DNA of 64,000 nucleotides from contig OX597829.1 in assembly GCA_951406725.2 (NCBI GenBank), forward strand, positions 26,970,001 to 27,034,000, in the 5' to 3' direction. Under the pieces are notes generated by a model. It was not told the origin of the DNA. It made no database searches and saw only the letters and a program-made list of their open reading frames with translations. The DNA is from Octopus vulgaris (Eukaryota). The translations under genes were made by a program, and so were the position numbers. How positions within the stretch are numbered: position 1 is the first letter of the stretch; the number at the start of each line of letters is the position of its first letter. Positions 12,756 through 24,835 of the stretch are shown in pieces.

Positions 12756-13088
12756 AGGCGTAGGAGTGGCTGTGTGAACCACATGTTTCCGGGTTCAGTC
12801 CCACTGCGTGACACCTTGGGCAAGTGTCTTCTACTATAGCCTCGGGCCGACCAAAGCCTTGTGAGTGGATTTGGTAGACGGAAACTGAAAGAAGCCCGTT
12901 GTATATATATGTGTGTATATGCCCCCCCCCCCACCGACGTCGCTTGACAACCGATGCTGGTGTGTTTACGACCCCGTCACTTAGCGGTTCGGCAAAAGAG
13001 ACCGATAGAATAAGTACTAGGCTTACAAAGAATAAGTGATTTGCTCGACTAAAGGCCTCAGTCAAATGACTGAAACAAGTAAAAGAGT
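12756..13088 (+). mobile_element. OK-like SINE with small internal deletions
   Basis: Matches 877-1264. Confidence 0.88.
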
Positions 13089-13739
13089 ATATATATATAT
13101 ACATACATACATACGACTAGTGTGTGTGTGTGAGAGGGAGAGAGAGAGACATGTGTATGTGTGTATTCATATATATATGTGTATTCCCTAAGAAGTTTTC
13201 GATATTTTATTAATATACTTAAAAGTTACGTACAACCTCTCTAATGTGGTTCTTGCGTATATACATACTGTTGATATATACAGTATTTTTATCGTTCTTT
13301 CCTTTTCACCTCACTTTCCATTGCCACTCCACCTATAGAACTTACTGTATCGTTTCGCTCTGTCAGTAATTACAGTTATGTGAATATATATATATAATAA
13401 ACGTTCATACAAACAACATACCTAGGTTATTTTATACACATATATCCAGACATACGTATACACACTTCAATGTATAACAGAAATCACTCAGAGAAAAAGA
13501 CTATGCCCATGACCTTGTAGCCGATTCCCACATTGTCGACATTCATGCGATTGATGTTCAATGTACGTTACAATGAAAAAGAGCAACAATTTAACTGAAT
13601 GAGCTAATTATAATAAGTTGGAAAAATTGATTAATGGTTTTCAATATATAAAGAATAATTTAATTACCATGTTAAACAATCACAACAGTCTGTAGTGATA
13701 CAAATAGGTTTATATACACGCACGCAATATACACACGTT

Positions 13740-13905
13740 ACGTTACATACATACACACATTACACATACATACATACACACATTACATACATACACACAT
13801 TACATACATGCATACATACATAACATACATGCATTACATGCATACATTACATACATGCATACATTACATTAATTATATACATACGCACATGCATACACAC
13901 ATACA
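13740..13905. repeat. (TACA)n / CATTACA compound microsatellite
   Basis: Direct inspection. Confidence 0.85.
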
Positions 13906-15220
13906 AACATATCGATACAGGCATACATGTACATTTATTTACACATACCCCACTCTCTCTCTCGGTGCATATTTCGCACCCCTGAAGGTTACAACTTACT
14001 GGTGAGTGTGTGTGTGTGTGTGTGTGTATACTATACACGTGTAATTTTGCGGATATGTACATGTGTGAGTTATATTTATAATTTGTACGTTTGTCCCCTA
14101 AACAAAGTAATTCGATAGTCTTCAGTAAAATAGGCCCCCAGACTGGAAATAGATAAATAAATACATTCGGATTCGATACGATCGGCGAAAGCGCGCGCAG
14201 TGATGTTACAGCATGGCCGCAGGAGAATGACTGAAAACAAGCTAGAGTAGAATGAATGAGTTACATTTTCAACATCGTATATATTCCTACATGTTTGTGT
14301 TGTGAGTAAAATATGTGTGCTTATTATGCATAAGTGTATATAATGAGTGATTGAATAAATAAATAAATAAATAAAAATTACCTTCTCTCTTAAATAATGA
14401 TGATCTTTGTTGTTGATTAATTTTTTAAAAAAAAGAAAAAGAAAATATAATCAACAGTTTTCGTTTTGTTGTAAACAGTACATTTTAGCAGCAGCGAAAC
14501 AGCCAAGTGCTACATTTGCGATCCTCCATCCATCCATCCCATCCGCCTTCCACCACCACCATTTCTACCAACAAACAACAACAACAACAACAAAGAGATA
14601 CACACATCTGATGCTAAATTTAGCTTTTACAGTCGGTAGGCCAGGCTGTTACCAGATAGCCACAACATACTCCCTTCACTGAAATTCTCTTTCTTTCCCG
14701 TTCTTCTTTCTTCCTAGGTTCTCATTCCTATTACCCCTTCTTTTTCTTTCCTTCTCTTTCTCTCACTATCTACCAATCAATCTGTAAGTCTATAATATTC
14801 ATCCATCCATCCATCACAAAGTTTATATATTTGTCTATTTTTGCATCTTTTCTTTCCCCTCTCCCTAATTATCAAGCTTCTCTCTCTCTCTCGTATACTA
14901 TCAATTCATATAATTTGTCTACGTCTATCTGAATTATACCATCCATCTAACGTCTGAACTGCCTCTACCTTATCTATCATCATCTATGTCTATTTGATCT
15001 GTCCACGTCTATTTCAGACGGCCTACCTTCGTTTATCCGTCCATCGTTCTATCTATATCTACCTTCCGATTACAACCAGCATAGATATTATATGAGGTCA
15101 TTCACTGGAAGTCATACGCTATTATTTCGTACAGTGGAATTTCAATCTTGTGATTCAGTAACCCCCAAGCCTTTCACTTATAACACACATAAAAATAAGT
15201 TGTTCCATTCGTTGTTTCAT

Positions 15221-15428
15221 ACTCTTTACTCTTTTACTCTTTTACTTGTTTCAGTCATTTGACTGCGGCCATGCTGGAGCACCGCCTTTAGTCAAGCAAC
15301 TCGACCCCGGGACTTATTCTTTTTGTAAGCCCAGTACTTATTCTATCGGTCTCTTTTTGCCGAACCGCTAAGTAACGGGGACGTAAACACACCAGCATCG
15401 GTTGTCAAGCAATGCTAGGGGTACAAAC

Positions 15429-15465
<37 letters not shown>

Positions 15466-15638
15466 CATATATACGACAGGCTTCTTTCAGTTTCCGTCTA
15501 CCAAATCCACTCAGAAGGCATTGGTCGGCCCGGGGCTATAGCAGAAGACACTTGCCCAAGATGCCACGCAGTGGGATTGAACCCGGAACCATGTGGTTGG
15601 TTAGCAAGCTACTTACCACACAGCCACTCCTGCGCCTA
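15221..15638 (-). mobile_element. OK-like SINE, young full-length copy
   Basis: Reverse-complement match with CpGs retained and a (ACTCTTTT)n tail. Confidence 0.92.
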
Positions 15639-16442
15639 TTTTAATTTTTTCTTTTACATTTGGTCGATGTGGTCATCCCCTATCCCCTCACAATTCACAA
15701 AAATGTCCCAACTATTTCGGTGGACCTAAAAACTCCGAATGATAAGCACGAGTGTGTATTTGTTTTATTTCCCACGATTATTCAAACATTTTGGGGAAGA
15801 GCGGTGGTGGTGGTGGTGGTGGTTGGGAGAAATAATTCAAACGATAACATTTTTACTTCATATCATCATCGTAATTGTCATGAGTTCGCGTAACGTTATC
15901 AACTGTTGCATTTATTGTTTTTTCGTTACACTCACCCCTTCCTCATTATATAGATTACACATAAACACACGATGTCTGATAAATGTTTCGTGTGTTGCCA
16001 TGTAACTTCGGGATTTCTGTGGGGTTTTTTTTTTTTCATTTTTTTTCCCCCCCTATGTTGCTATGTCGCTTTGGATTTATAAATAAGACAATACCAAGGT
16101 TAGAAAGAGCACGCCTTTCATCAGAAAGTTAGGGAGATATAAATATATATGTGATCAAAACAGTTTGATTCTAAGTCTATTTAAGTTTCAAACCATTAAG
16201 TTTTCATCCATACATGTCACTCCCAATAAGTGTGTTGAATGCCCATCTTTCGTTTGTCCACCCATTCATGTGTGTGTGTGTTTATTTACATGTATCTATA
16301 TAATTATATTCAGGGAGCAAGGGCGAAAACGACCTATCTCCATCGTGCTTCAAAATGCCAAGGCACTCAAATACTGACTACCTGATAAAGATCATTACAT
16401 ATTCTTTCTTTCTCTCTCTCTCTCTGTATGTGTATGTATGTA

Positions 16443-16540
<98 letters not shown>

Positions 16541-16612
16541 AACAAAAGACGAAGACAGGTGGTGTACAAAACAAACAGATGTATTAGTATAACGCTCAAA
16601 AATAGAAAAAGT

Positions 16613-16648
16613 CTTTTACGTTTCGAGCCTACGCTCTTCTACAGAAAG
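16613..16648 (-). ncRNA. Minimal hammerhead-like motif, core variant CUGUAGA
   Basis: Minus strand: cttt-CTGTAGA-a-gagc gtag gctc-GAAA-cg-TA-aaag; lies in a ~160-bp insert between (GA)n and (TA)n tracts. Confidence 0.55.
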
Positions 16649-16764
16649 GGACGCAGAAAAAAAAGGAGAGAAAAAAATGTGTGGCTAACGATCTATCTAT
16701 ATAAATATATACGTACATACATACATATATACATATATATTTTATATATATATATATATATATA

Positions 16765-17106
16765 TTTTATTTTTTATTTTATTTTATCAAGTTTCAGCTC
16801 ACGAACTGTGACCATGCTGGGGCACCGCCATTTGGTGTTGCTACATAATATTACTTTACGATTGCTTTTTAGGAATTGACATTTGTGCATGAGAGAGTTT
16901 GATGCAGCTGCCCCCATCTGCACCTCCTGCCGTGAAGTTGGTTCATCTGGGACACCTGACAGGAAGAGGTCCAACTCTATTTTGAAGACACCTACATCCA
17001 CCCCTTGCAGGTCTCTCGGGAGGATATTGAAGAGCTGTGGACCTCTGAAACTCAGGCTATTGCCGTATCTTGTCCTACATCTTGATGTTGTCAAATTTCT
17101 ATCTAG
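16765..17106 (-). mobile_element. 3' end of a CR1-type LINE (ORF2 C-terminus, 3' UTR, (TAAAA)n tail)
   Basis: RYGNSLSFRGPQLFNILPRDLQGVDVGVFKIELDLFLSGVPDEP fits the CR1-group ORF2 end pattern NS...GP.LFN.LP...FK..LD..L..VPD.P. Confidence 0.8.
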
Positions 17107-17118
17107 CCCCCCCCCCCC

Positions 17119-17800
17119 GTATACTCGAACCCTATCTTTCTGATCATACCCAGAGAACTGCATGCGGTGCATGAAGTTCTGTATATGTTTTTTCGTTTCA
17201 TAGGGTTCGCATAGTGGGGACACATTGTTCATTATTCTAACTAAGTCTCCTATCAGTATGTTAATTTTCATGTTGTGTGACAAAGCCGAGTTCTTGTGAA
17301 CAACATATTTTGAAGTTACGGGTTTCATGTAATAGGAATGGAGGAGCTGCACTCTATTGTTCACAGTCTCTAACCAAAGTTCAGTATCATGTACAGGAAG
17401 TTTATTGTTGGGGTGCTTAGTGGGGTAATCTATAGCTACCTTGATACTTTGGTGGATGGAGTTAGCTATTTGCTAGATGCTCTCCATTACGTTCTTCTCG
17501 GTTTCCACATTACTGTCATTAGAGTTAGTCCTAACTATGATATTCATGTCATCTACATATCTACTGTAGAGTAGAAGAGTTGTGGACTGTTCTGCTAACA
17601 TTTGTTTAAGTTTTCTGTCCCACCAGGTCATGAATAGGCCAGCCACATCTGCAGCTATACCTACACCGATGGCTGCACCTTGAACCTGCATGTATAGTTT
17701 TTTGTTAAACTTTACTACGTGGTTCTTCATGGTGGTTTTTACACTGGCCCCTATTGCATATGCAATCATTTCTTTCACCTGATTGTTGTTCTCAAGGTTT
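17119..17800 (-). pseudogene. Penelope-like element reverse transcriptase fragment (palm and thumb), one in-frame TAG
   Basis: NHVVKFNKKLYMQVQGAAIG...YSRYVDD...ESI*QIANSIHQSIKVAIDYPTKHPNNKLPVHDTELW...YYMKPVTSKYVVHKNSALSHNMKINIL...FMHRMQFSGY; ORFs 17473..18054 and 16774..17364 are in the same frame, separated by a single stop at 17473-17475. Confidence 0.85.
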
Positions 17801-17881
17801 TGGGTGGGTGAGGTCCAACCACTCCAGCGCTCAGTGGTGCTTTTCTTCACTGATGGTGGGTGGTCTTCCCCTCTGTGACCT

Positions 17882-18260
17882 GATGGGGCAGAACTTGACA
17901 TCCGTATCTTATCCAAGCACCCAAAAGACCCAACACTCAGACAAATACGGGAGTAATTTGCAGAACTATACATACCAAAACGAGGACTTTTGAAAAATAA
18001 CTGCAAGTGTAATAGTTCGATTTCGTGCGGACGTTCTCGTGTATAGTTCTGCAATTTATATTTGTATGGACGGTCACACTGAAGATCTACGGACGAATTG
18101 CGTAAGTAAAATTACGTAATCTGTTAATAGTGAAACATGTATGTGAATAATCTATATTTTTGTTATTTTTCATTTGTCTTGCTCGCTTACGTTCTGGTGT
18201 TTGCTAAATTTTTCTTGAGAACATTCCTTAGTGGTAAGACTCTAGCAGATCTACTTCTCA
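17882..18260 (+). mobile_element. Inverted PLE 3' end: probable GIY-YIG C-terminus plus pLTR
   Basis: Plus frame DGAELDIRILSKHPKDPTLRQIRE* (17882-17956) resembles the D..LRQI.E end of PLE GIY-YIG domains; followed by a hammerhead motif. Confidence 0.6.
18074..18146 (+). ncRNA. Type I hammerhead ribozyme of the PLE pLTR, extended stem II
   Basis: tcaca-CTGAAGA-tcta...tagt-GAAA-catg-TA-tgtga; stem II contains the hairpin attgcgtaa/ttacgtaat; palindromic stem III ACATGT. Confidence 0.8.
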
Positions 18261-18262
18261 TA

Positions 18263-18293
<31 letters not shown>

Positions 18294-18904
18294 GTGTGTG
18301 TGTTTATGTATATAAATGTGTATATGTTTCTTTTCTTTTTTCTTGTTTCAGCTCAGAGCTGCGGCCATGCTGATGCACCGCCGTTTGAATATATGTATAT
18401 ATAAATATATAAATGTATATAAATATATATAACTATATAAATGTATATAAATATATATATATGTATATAGATAAATATGTAAATGTATATAGATAAATAT
18501 ATACATGTATATATAAATATATAAATGTATATATGTATATATAAATATATACATGTATATATAAATATATATATAAATGTGTGTATATATATATATATAT
18601 ATTTAGGGCTATGCACGGAAACAACACACACAGGCCTCCTTCAGTTATCATCTATTAGATCCACTCACAAGGCTTTTGTCAACCAGGTGCTATACAAGAT
18701 GACACCCAAAATGCCATGCATTGAGACTGAACCCGGAACAATGTGGCTGGGAGGCAAATTTTTTACCGCTTTTTTACTCCTTACGAAAAATGTTTAACTT
18801 TGTTGTTTTCCATGAACTTCATTGTATCATATTTTACCTACGAATTTTTTTGAGTTGCGGAAGTAAATGGACTTCTCACCCGCATACTTGTATGTACATT
18901 TTGC

Positions 18905-19066
18905 GTGGCTGTGTGGTAAGTAGCTTGTTTACCAACCACATGGTTCCGGGTTCAGTCCCACTGCGTGGCACCTTGGGCAAATGTCTTCTACTATAGCCTC
19001 GGGCCAACCAAAGCCTTGTGAGTGGATTTGGTAGACGGAAACTGAAAGAAGCCTGACGTATATATG

Positions 19067-19110
<44 letters not shown>

Positions 19111-19322
19111 TGTGTGTGTTTGTGTGTCAGTGTTTGTCCTCCTAGCATTGCTTGACAACCGATGCTGGTGTGTTTATGTCCCCGTTACTTAGCGGTTCGG
19201 CAAAAGAGAACGATAGAATTAATTACTGGGCTTACAAAAGAATAAGTCCCGGGGTCGAGTTGCTCGATTAAAGGCGGTGCTCCAGCATGGTCGCAGTCAA
19301 ATGACTGAAACAAGTAAAAGAG
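18905..19322 (+). mobile_element. OK-like SINE
   Basis: Matches 877-1264. Confidence 0.9.
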
Positions 19323-19624
19323 TATACAAGGCAATCTTCCAGCATAGTCTTAACCAAAATGATTAAATACGTGTGCATGCATGAATTTTGATACACAACT
19401 GATTTTGATAAAAGTGTATAAAAGTTTTTTGTATGGATTTTTTTTTTGTTTGTTTGTTTGCAGAGAAGGAAGAGAAGAGATATAGAGAGAGACAGGGGAG
19501 GGATCTGTAAGACAAATATCTTGAAACATATGTATCTAGTGCATGTTAGAAAAACTGTTACTGCAGCTGTTATTCTTTTTCCTCTCCTCCAACTACCATC
19601 ACAAATAATGCTTGCACAGAAATA

Positions 19625-19835
19625 ATAAAAGGAGCCTCTACACAGTCACTCAACCAGTTAGAAATAACACCTAAATTGCCCATAAATCACGTCACTATTT
19701 ACTTAAACTAGGCAGGTCATTCATGTAGTCTCAGATATACTAAGTTTGTGAATAAAACTGGTTGGCTGGTTGACTGGAATGCCTTTGATCATAGGTCTAC
19801 TGGGCCAATGCTGGCCTGGGTCTCACCAACTACAA
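19625..19835 (+). repeat. Old unclassified dispersed repeat
   Basis: Shares motifs such as AGAAATAGCAGCCAAA and GGCTGGAATGCCTTTGATCATAGGTCTG with ~25060-25270 and ~43050-43240, and in reverse with ~39300-39490. Confidence 0.5.
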
Positions 19836-20270
19836 CAAGGTGTGTTGAGCCAATGAAGAAGCTCACAAATATTCAATGAACCTAGTACAAATAGAAAATT
19901 TTTCAAAGTCGGGTACTTATTCTTTGCACCTCTTTAGTTGAACCACTAAGTTACGGGAATTAAACAAACTAGTGTCAGTTGTCAAGCAGGGTGGAGCACA
20001 AACACATGCAAACAGACAAACACAGAAAGACAGACAGATAGGCTTCCACACATACCCATCTCCCAAATTCACTCTCAAGGAATCATTCAGCCTGGGTCTA
20101 TAGAAGAAGACACCTGCCCAAAGTGCTGCAGTGAGACTAAACTCAAAACCACGTGGGAGATTCTTAAGCACACAGCCATTAAAACTTTTATGTATTCTAA
20201 TTTAGAATTTATCTGGAAAACTGCAAAAGCAATTACTTAAGTTCATGTCTTGAGAAATGAATGTGTTTAA

Positions 20271-20488
20271 CCTTTCTGTTATTATATTTCTGTGAAACTA
20301 CACTGCTTTTGTTTCAATTTTGAAACAATGATGAAGAATTTAGTAAGATAACTTTGTCATTATTAAACTTATGTTTGGAACATAAATTAACGATAAATTT
20401 TGATGGACGGTTATAAATTAAACTACTTTTAAATAAGTTTGTATTACACAAACCAGAAGTGGTGTCAAAAAGGTTGGATTCAAAAGGA
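20271..20488 (-). mobile_element. Older family-A-related TTAA MITE
   Basis: Follows TTAA (20267-20270); interior matches 4297-4506 and 27467-27643. Confidence 0.65.
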
Positions 20489-20510
20489 TGAATACTTTTT
20501 CACTGTTTAA

Positions 20511-20729
20511 CCCTTTCATTACCAACCCGGCTGAAACCGGTCTGGCTCTGAGTACAAATGTCTTGTTTTCATAAGTTTTGAATTAAAATCTTCCACCAAA
20601 CCTTAGTTGCAATTAATGTTCCTAACGCTAGCTGAATGATAACTAAGTTGTTTTACTAAATTCTTTCTTATATTTAAAGTAATTGAAAGAAACACAGAGC
20701 ATCTCAAAATAAATACAGTAATGAAAGGG
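20511..20729 (+). mobile_element. piggyBac-type MITE family A, complete (219 bp)
   Basis: TTAA / CCCTTTCATTAC ... GTAATGAAAGGG / TTAA: perfect 12-bp TIR with TTAA target duplication. Confidence 0.92.
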
Positions 20730-22797
20730 TTAAGATAGAGATATGTCCAGAAAACTCTTGCTGCTGTTGCTGCAACTGCTGTGTTGTTTGCGTATTTGTC
20801 CCTAAAACTTCCACTGTTAATACTGTCTATTGTAATAGAGTAGAAATACATATTTGAAATCACACTGTAACAAAGATAAAATCATACTATAGGCAGAACC
20901 TATCACTGTGAGAGTGATGGTCTAATGCCAAGTCTAAAAATGGCCAAATGATGTATATAACGGTGGTACCCCCCACTCTACATCTCCATCAGGAGTTGAG
21001 GGTTCATGGCATGGAATGGAATAACAGAGACAAGTTTTTATGTCCACAAAACTACTGTTACTCTTTTGTACATTAAAGAGGGAGAGTCATCTTTGAAATA
21101 TATCACCACAATTGCCAATTTTTCTTCTGTTTAAAGTAGGCATCAATAAGCCAGCTTGTTTTTTGTATCATTTATTACAATTCCTATTGTTACATCATTA
21201 TTATTATTACTACTTCAACTACCACCAATCAAAATTTAATTGCCTCAGACAAGATAGTTAACACACACTATATCTTCCCAGTTCAACAGATTAGTCATTC
21301 TTTGTTACAAATTAAGCTTTGTACTTGATTATCATATGGATGTGTATGTGTTTTTTGTGGGTTTATATGTGGATCAGTGTGCCTACACACCTATGTGCAT
21401 GTGTGTGTGAAAATGTACATATGCTTTAAGTCCCAAAAGTACTACATATACAAACAGAACAATTATTAGTGTTAAACTTTGCAAATTTTTGCTTAATTAC
21501 CAAGGCTCTGGTAATTCCAATCAGCACAGATTTACATTACAGTGGCAACAGAATTATTTCAGTACTGTAATAATTGCTCTATTTTTGTATTGACTACTTT
21601 TGTAATTTTTTTCTGATTAGCCAAGATTTATGAAATTTGGAGTAACATACCAACCTTGGCACTATAACAGAGTGTGTGTGTGTGTGTGTGTGTGCGTGTA
21701 CATGAGCATATGCATAAAGACATGGTTGTTTTTTTTCCCTGACTATATATTATTATTAATATAGGGTGTCTAATTATGGTTCTCTATGTCCTGAGCTCAA
21801 ATCCCAGAGAGGTCAGTATCATTCAGCAAAGTAATTCTAGAACAGAGTGGCATAAACAACATCATCCTGGAATACTGAGAGTACAAATTCCATTGGATCA
21901 GACACATAGAAAGGTTCGCAAAAGGTGGATCTATGCTATAGTCAAGCAGTAACCAAGGGAACTGCAGAAACTAGTGAGAGGGCAAGACAGTGGAAAGATG
22001 ACAGTTAAAAAATTGGGGCACAAATGGAAGAGGTCAAAAAAAAAGAGGACACTGAGAGCACATAGAACCTTGTGATATACAAGGACATGTGATGGTCAGG
22101 TCAAGAGAGCAATTTTGAATCACCACTGTCACCCACCCCCATTTTGTAGTAAGGTCTCTTTACCTCATTTCTAAAAGAAATTCTAATCCTCATATTGGAC
22201 ATCCTTTGGTGTCAATGACTTGATAAAATGCACCCTGTGCTTGTAAAGTGGTTGGTGACAAGAAGGACAGCTAGCTATAAAAAAAAAAACCATGCTGAAA
22301 ATGAAACGAGAACAATGTTGTCCCCACAAGCTCACTCCTAGAATAACCCATCCATCTCATGCCATCACAGAAAACAAATTTATAGTTGAATATATACATG
22401 AAAACATCAATTCTAGTTATATGTACTTAATCAAATAACAAATACTACATACAATTTAATAACATTTCTGATGACACTAATGTAAATATGAAGTTGTTTT
22501 ACCACAAATATTGTGAACTTTCTTCCTTTCTTTCTCCCAACCAATCTCATAATGATGCCATTATTAAAAATGATATTTATAAATTGCGAGAGTATTAAAT
22601 TTATAAGAATATACACCATTTATAAGGTTGACTAAACAACTGTGAAATAGGTGTGGTTCTTCTATAACTAGATTAATTATGACCATCAGATTAATATAGT
22701 TTTCTAAATAGTGTATACAGTGTAAAAGTTTTTACAATAGGTCAATAATCCAGGGCCTTAACCTAATTTTATGCTGTTTGATAACATAACACAAGTA

Positions 22798-23316
22798 CCG
22801 CAAATCCTCGAGTATAGTCCGCCCTTAAGTATAATACGCAGGGGATTTTTAAGGGGCTGTATCTCTGAAAAACCTAAACCTTGTGTATAACATGCACCCC
22901 TTCTCTAACTGAGTCATGTGTAATTAAGCCAGCAGCACCTAGTCGAACAAACACTTCCGTGCATGCGTAATACAATAATGGTGATGTTCTTAACTGTTAT
23001 ATGAGAATGTAAATATGTTTGCAAATTGTTTTTGTTACGTTATTCTGTGTTCTGAATACTTTTATTTTAATAAATGTTGCTTACTGCAAGTTATGGATGA
23101 TTCTTTTAGGACTTCATTGCTTTCAGGCTTAGCTTAATGTATTTTCGCACGCGACATCACAAAATGCATCTGAATAAACATTGGCGGACAGCAAATAGAG
23201 ACTCAAACATTGCTTAGAAAATATTTTTCATATTTAGCCTTATATATAGTACACACTAGAGATTTTGACCTTTAAATCTTGAGAGAAAAATGTGGATTAT
23301 ACTCAAGGATTTATGG
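22798..23316. mobile_element. Non-autonomous Tc1/mariner/pogo-superfamily element
   Basis: TA / CCGCAAATCCTCGAGTATAGTCCGC ... GTGGATTATACTCAAGGATTTATGG / TA: 25-bp imperfect TIR, TA target duplication, no ORF. Confidence 0.85.
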
Positions 23317-23704
23317 TATTGGTCTTATATCATTAGAAAAGGACTAACGAGCGGTATTGGTAGATTACAAACATGGAACTAAGGCAGGTGTTAAGTTGGT
23401 AACCTAGAACATCCAGTCATCCTCATCATCATTTAACTTCCATTTTCTATACTGGCATGGCTTATACAGTTTGACAGGAGCTGGTAAGGCCAAGGCCCAC
23501 ACTAGCTTCTATCATCTGTTCTGGCATGGTTTCTACAGCTGGATGTCCTTCTTAACATCAACTACTTTACAGAGTGCACTGAGTGCTTTTTACATGGCAC
23601 CAGCAGCTGGGTAAATTACTGAAGTTGTCTTGGGCAGGCAATAAAGGATCTCGGATAGAGTTAGAAAATTAGGGTTAGAGAGAATAAGGTGCTATTCTTT
23701 AATT

Positions 23705-23927
23705 CTTTTGTTTCAGTCAGTGGCCATGCTGGAGCACTTCTTTCAAAGGTTTTAATCAAACACCCATCCTAAGGCTTCTTTTTTTAAGCCTAGTACTTAT
23801 TCTATCAGTCTCTTTTGGCAAACCACTAGGATAAAGGGACATAAACATGCTAACACCAGTTGTCAAGCGGTGATGGGGGGAGCAAACACAAAGACACAAG
23901 CACATATATATGTATATATATTATATG

Positions 23928-23975
<48 letters not shown>

Positions 23976-24417
23976 TTAACAATTAAGGATAACCTCTTAA
24001 TAAGGAATCTTAACAAGAAATTATCAGGTAGATAGCGTGAAAAACCTCATAAGAGAAAAAATTAATTGTTAAATAATTTTATTCCGAAAAAACTTTTCCT
24101 ACCCGAAATGCAATTCGAAGAAGCCTGCCATTTACCGGATGTATTATATGTAAACTTCCCCATGTGCGTCGTTGGGTTTAGCAGTTGGCTGTTGGGCTCC
24201 GACGAGACAGGTCGTTTATTTATGATACGTTCAGAACCAGTCTTGCTGATGAGTACGTAAGTACGAAATCACAGGTGATACAAGACTTAATTTTTTTTAA
24301 ATGTCTTGCTTTGAAGAATTGCATTTGGTAGGATTAGTAAAATTTTTGGTAGAAATGACTAATGTCCCTCTTAGCGTGTGGCATGTATGTATAATAATGC
24401 CCTCTATATATATATAA

Positions 24418-24470
<53 letters not shown>

Positions 24471-24634
24471 TATATGGGTACAGGACATCATAAACCAAAA
24501 ACAACATGGCATATGAAAACAAAAGCGTTGAATACATACATAAATGAGAGAAACAAATGGAAAACAGGACAAATTACAAAGAATGACCCTTCATCAGTTG
24601 TCTGCTTTCCATCTACTCCTCATTTCGAGCATTG

Positions 24635-24690
<56 letters not shown>

Positions 24691-24835
24691 GCTTCTTTCA
24701 GTTTCCATCTATCAAATCCACTCAGAAGACTTTGGTTGGCCCGAGGCTATAGGAGAAAACTCTTACCCAAGGTGCTACACAGTGTGACTGAATACGGAAC
24801 CAAGTGGTTGGGAAGCAAGTTTCTTACCACGCAAC
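23705..24835 (-). mobile_element. OK-like SINE split by two inserts in its internal (TA)n
   Basis: 3' half ~23705-23905 and 5' half ~24685-24835; inserts at ~23968-24410 and ~24475-24645 are each flanked by (TA)n. Confidence 0.8.
24239..24287 (+). ncRNA. Canonical type I hammerhead ribozyme
   Basis: agtcttg-CTGATGA-gtac gtaa gtac-GAAA-tcac ag gtga-TA-caagact: all core nucleotides present, 7-bp stem I, GUAA-capped stem II, paired stem III; predicted cleavage after A24280. Confidence 0.92.

Noticed and set aside
6348-19148. [12 protein letters not shown] and CVCVCV ORFs
   Set aside because: Translations of (TA)n, (CA)n and (TG)n microsatellites.
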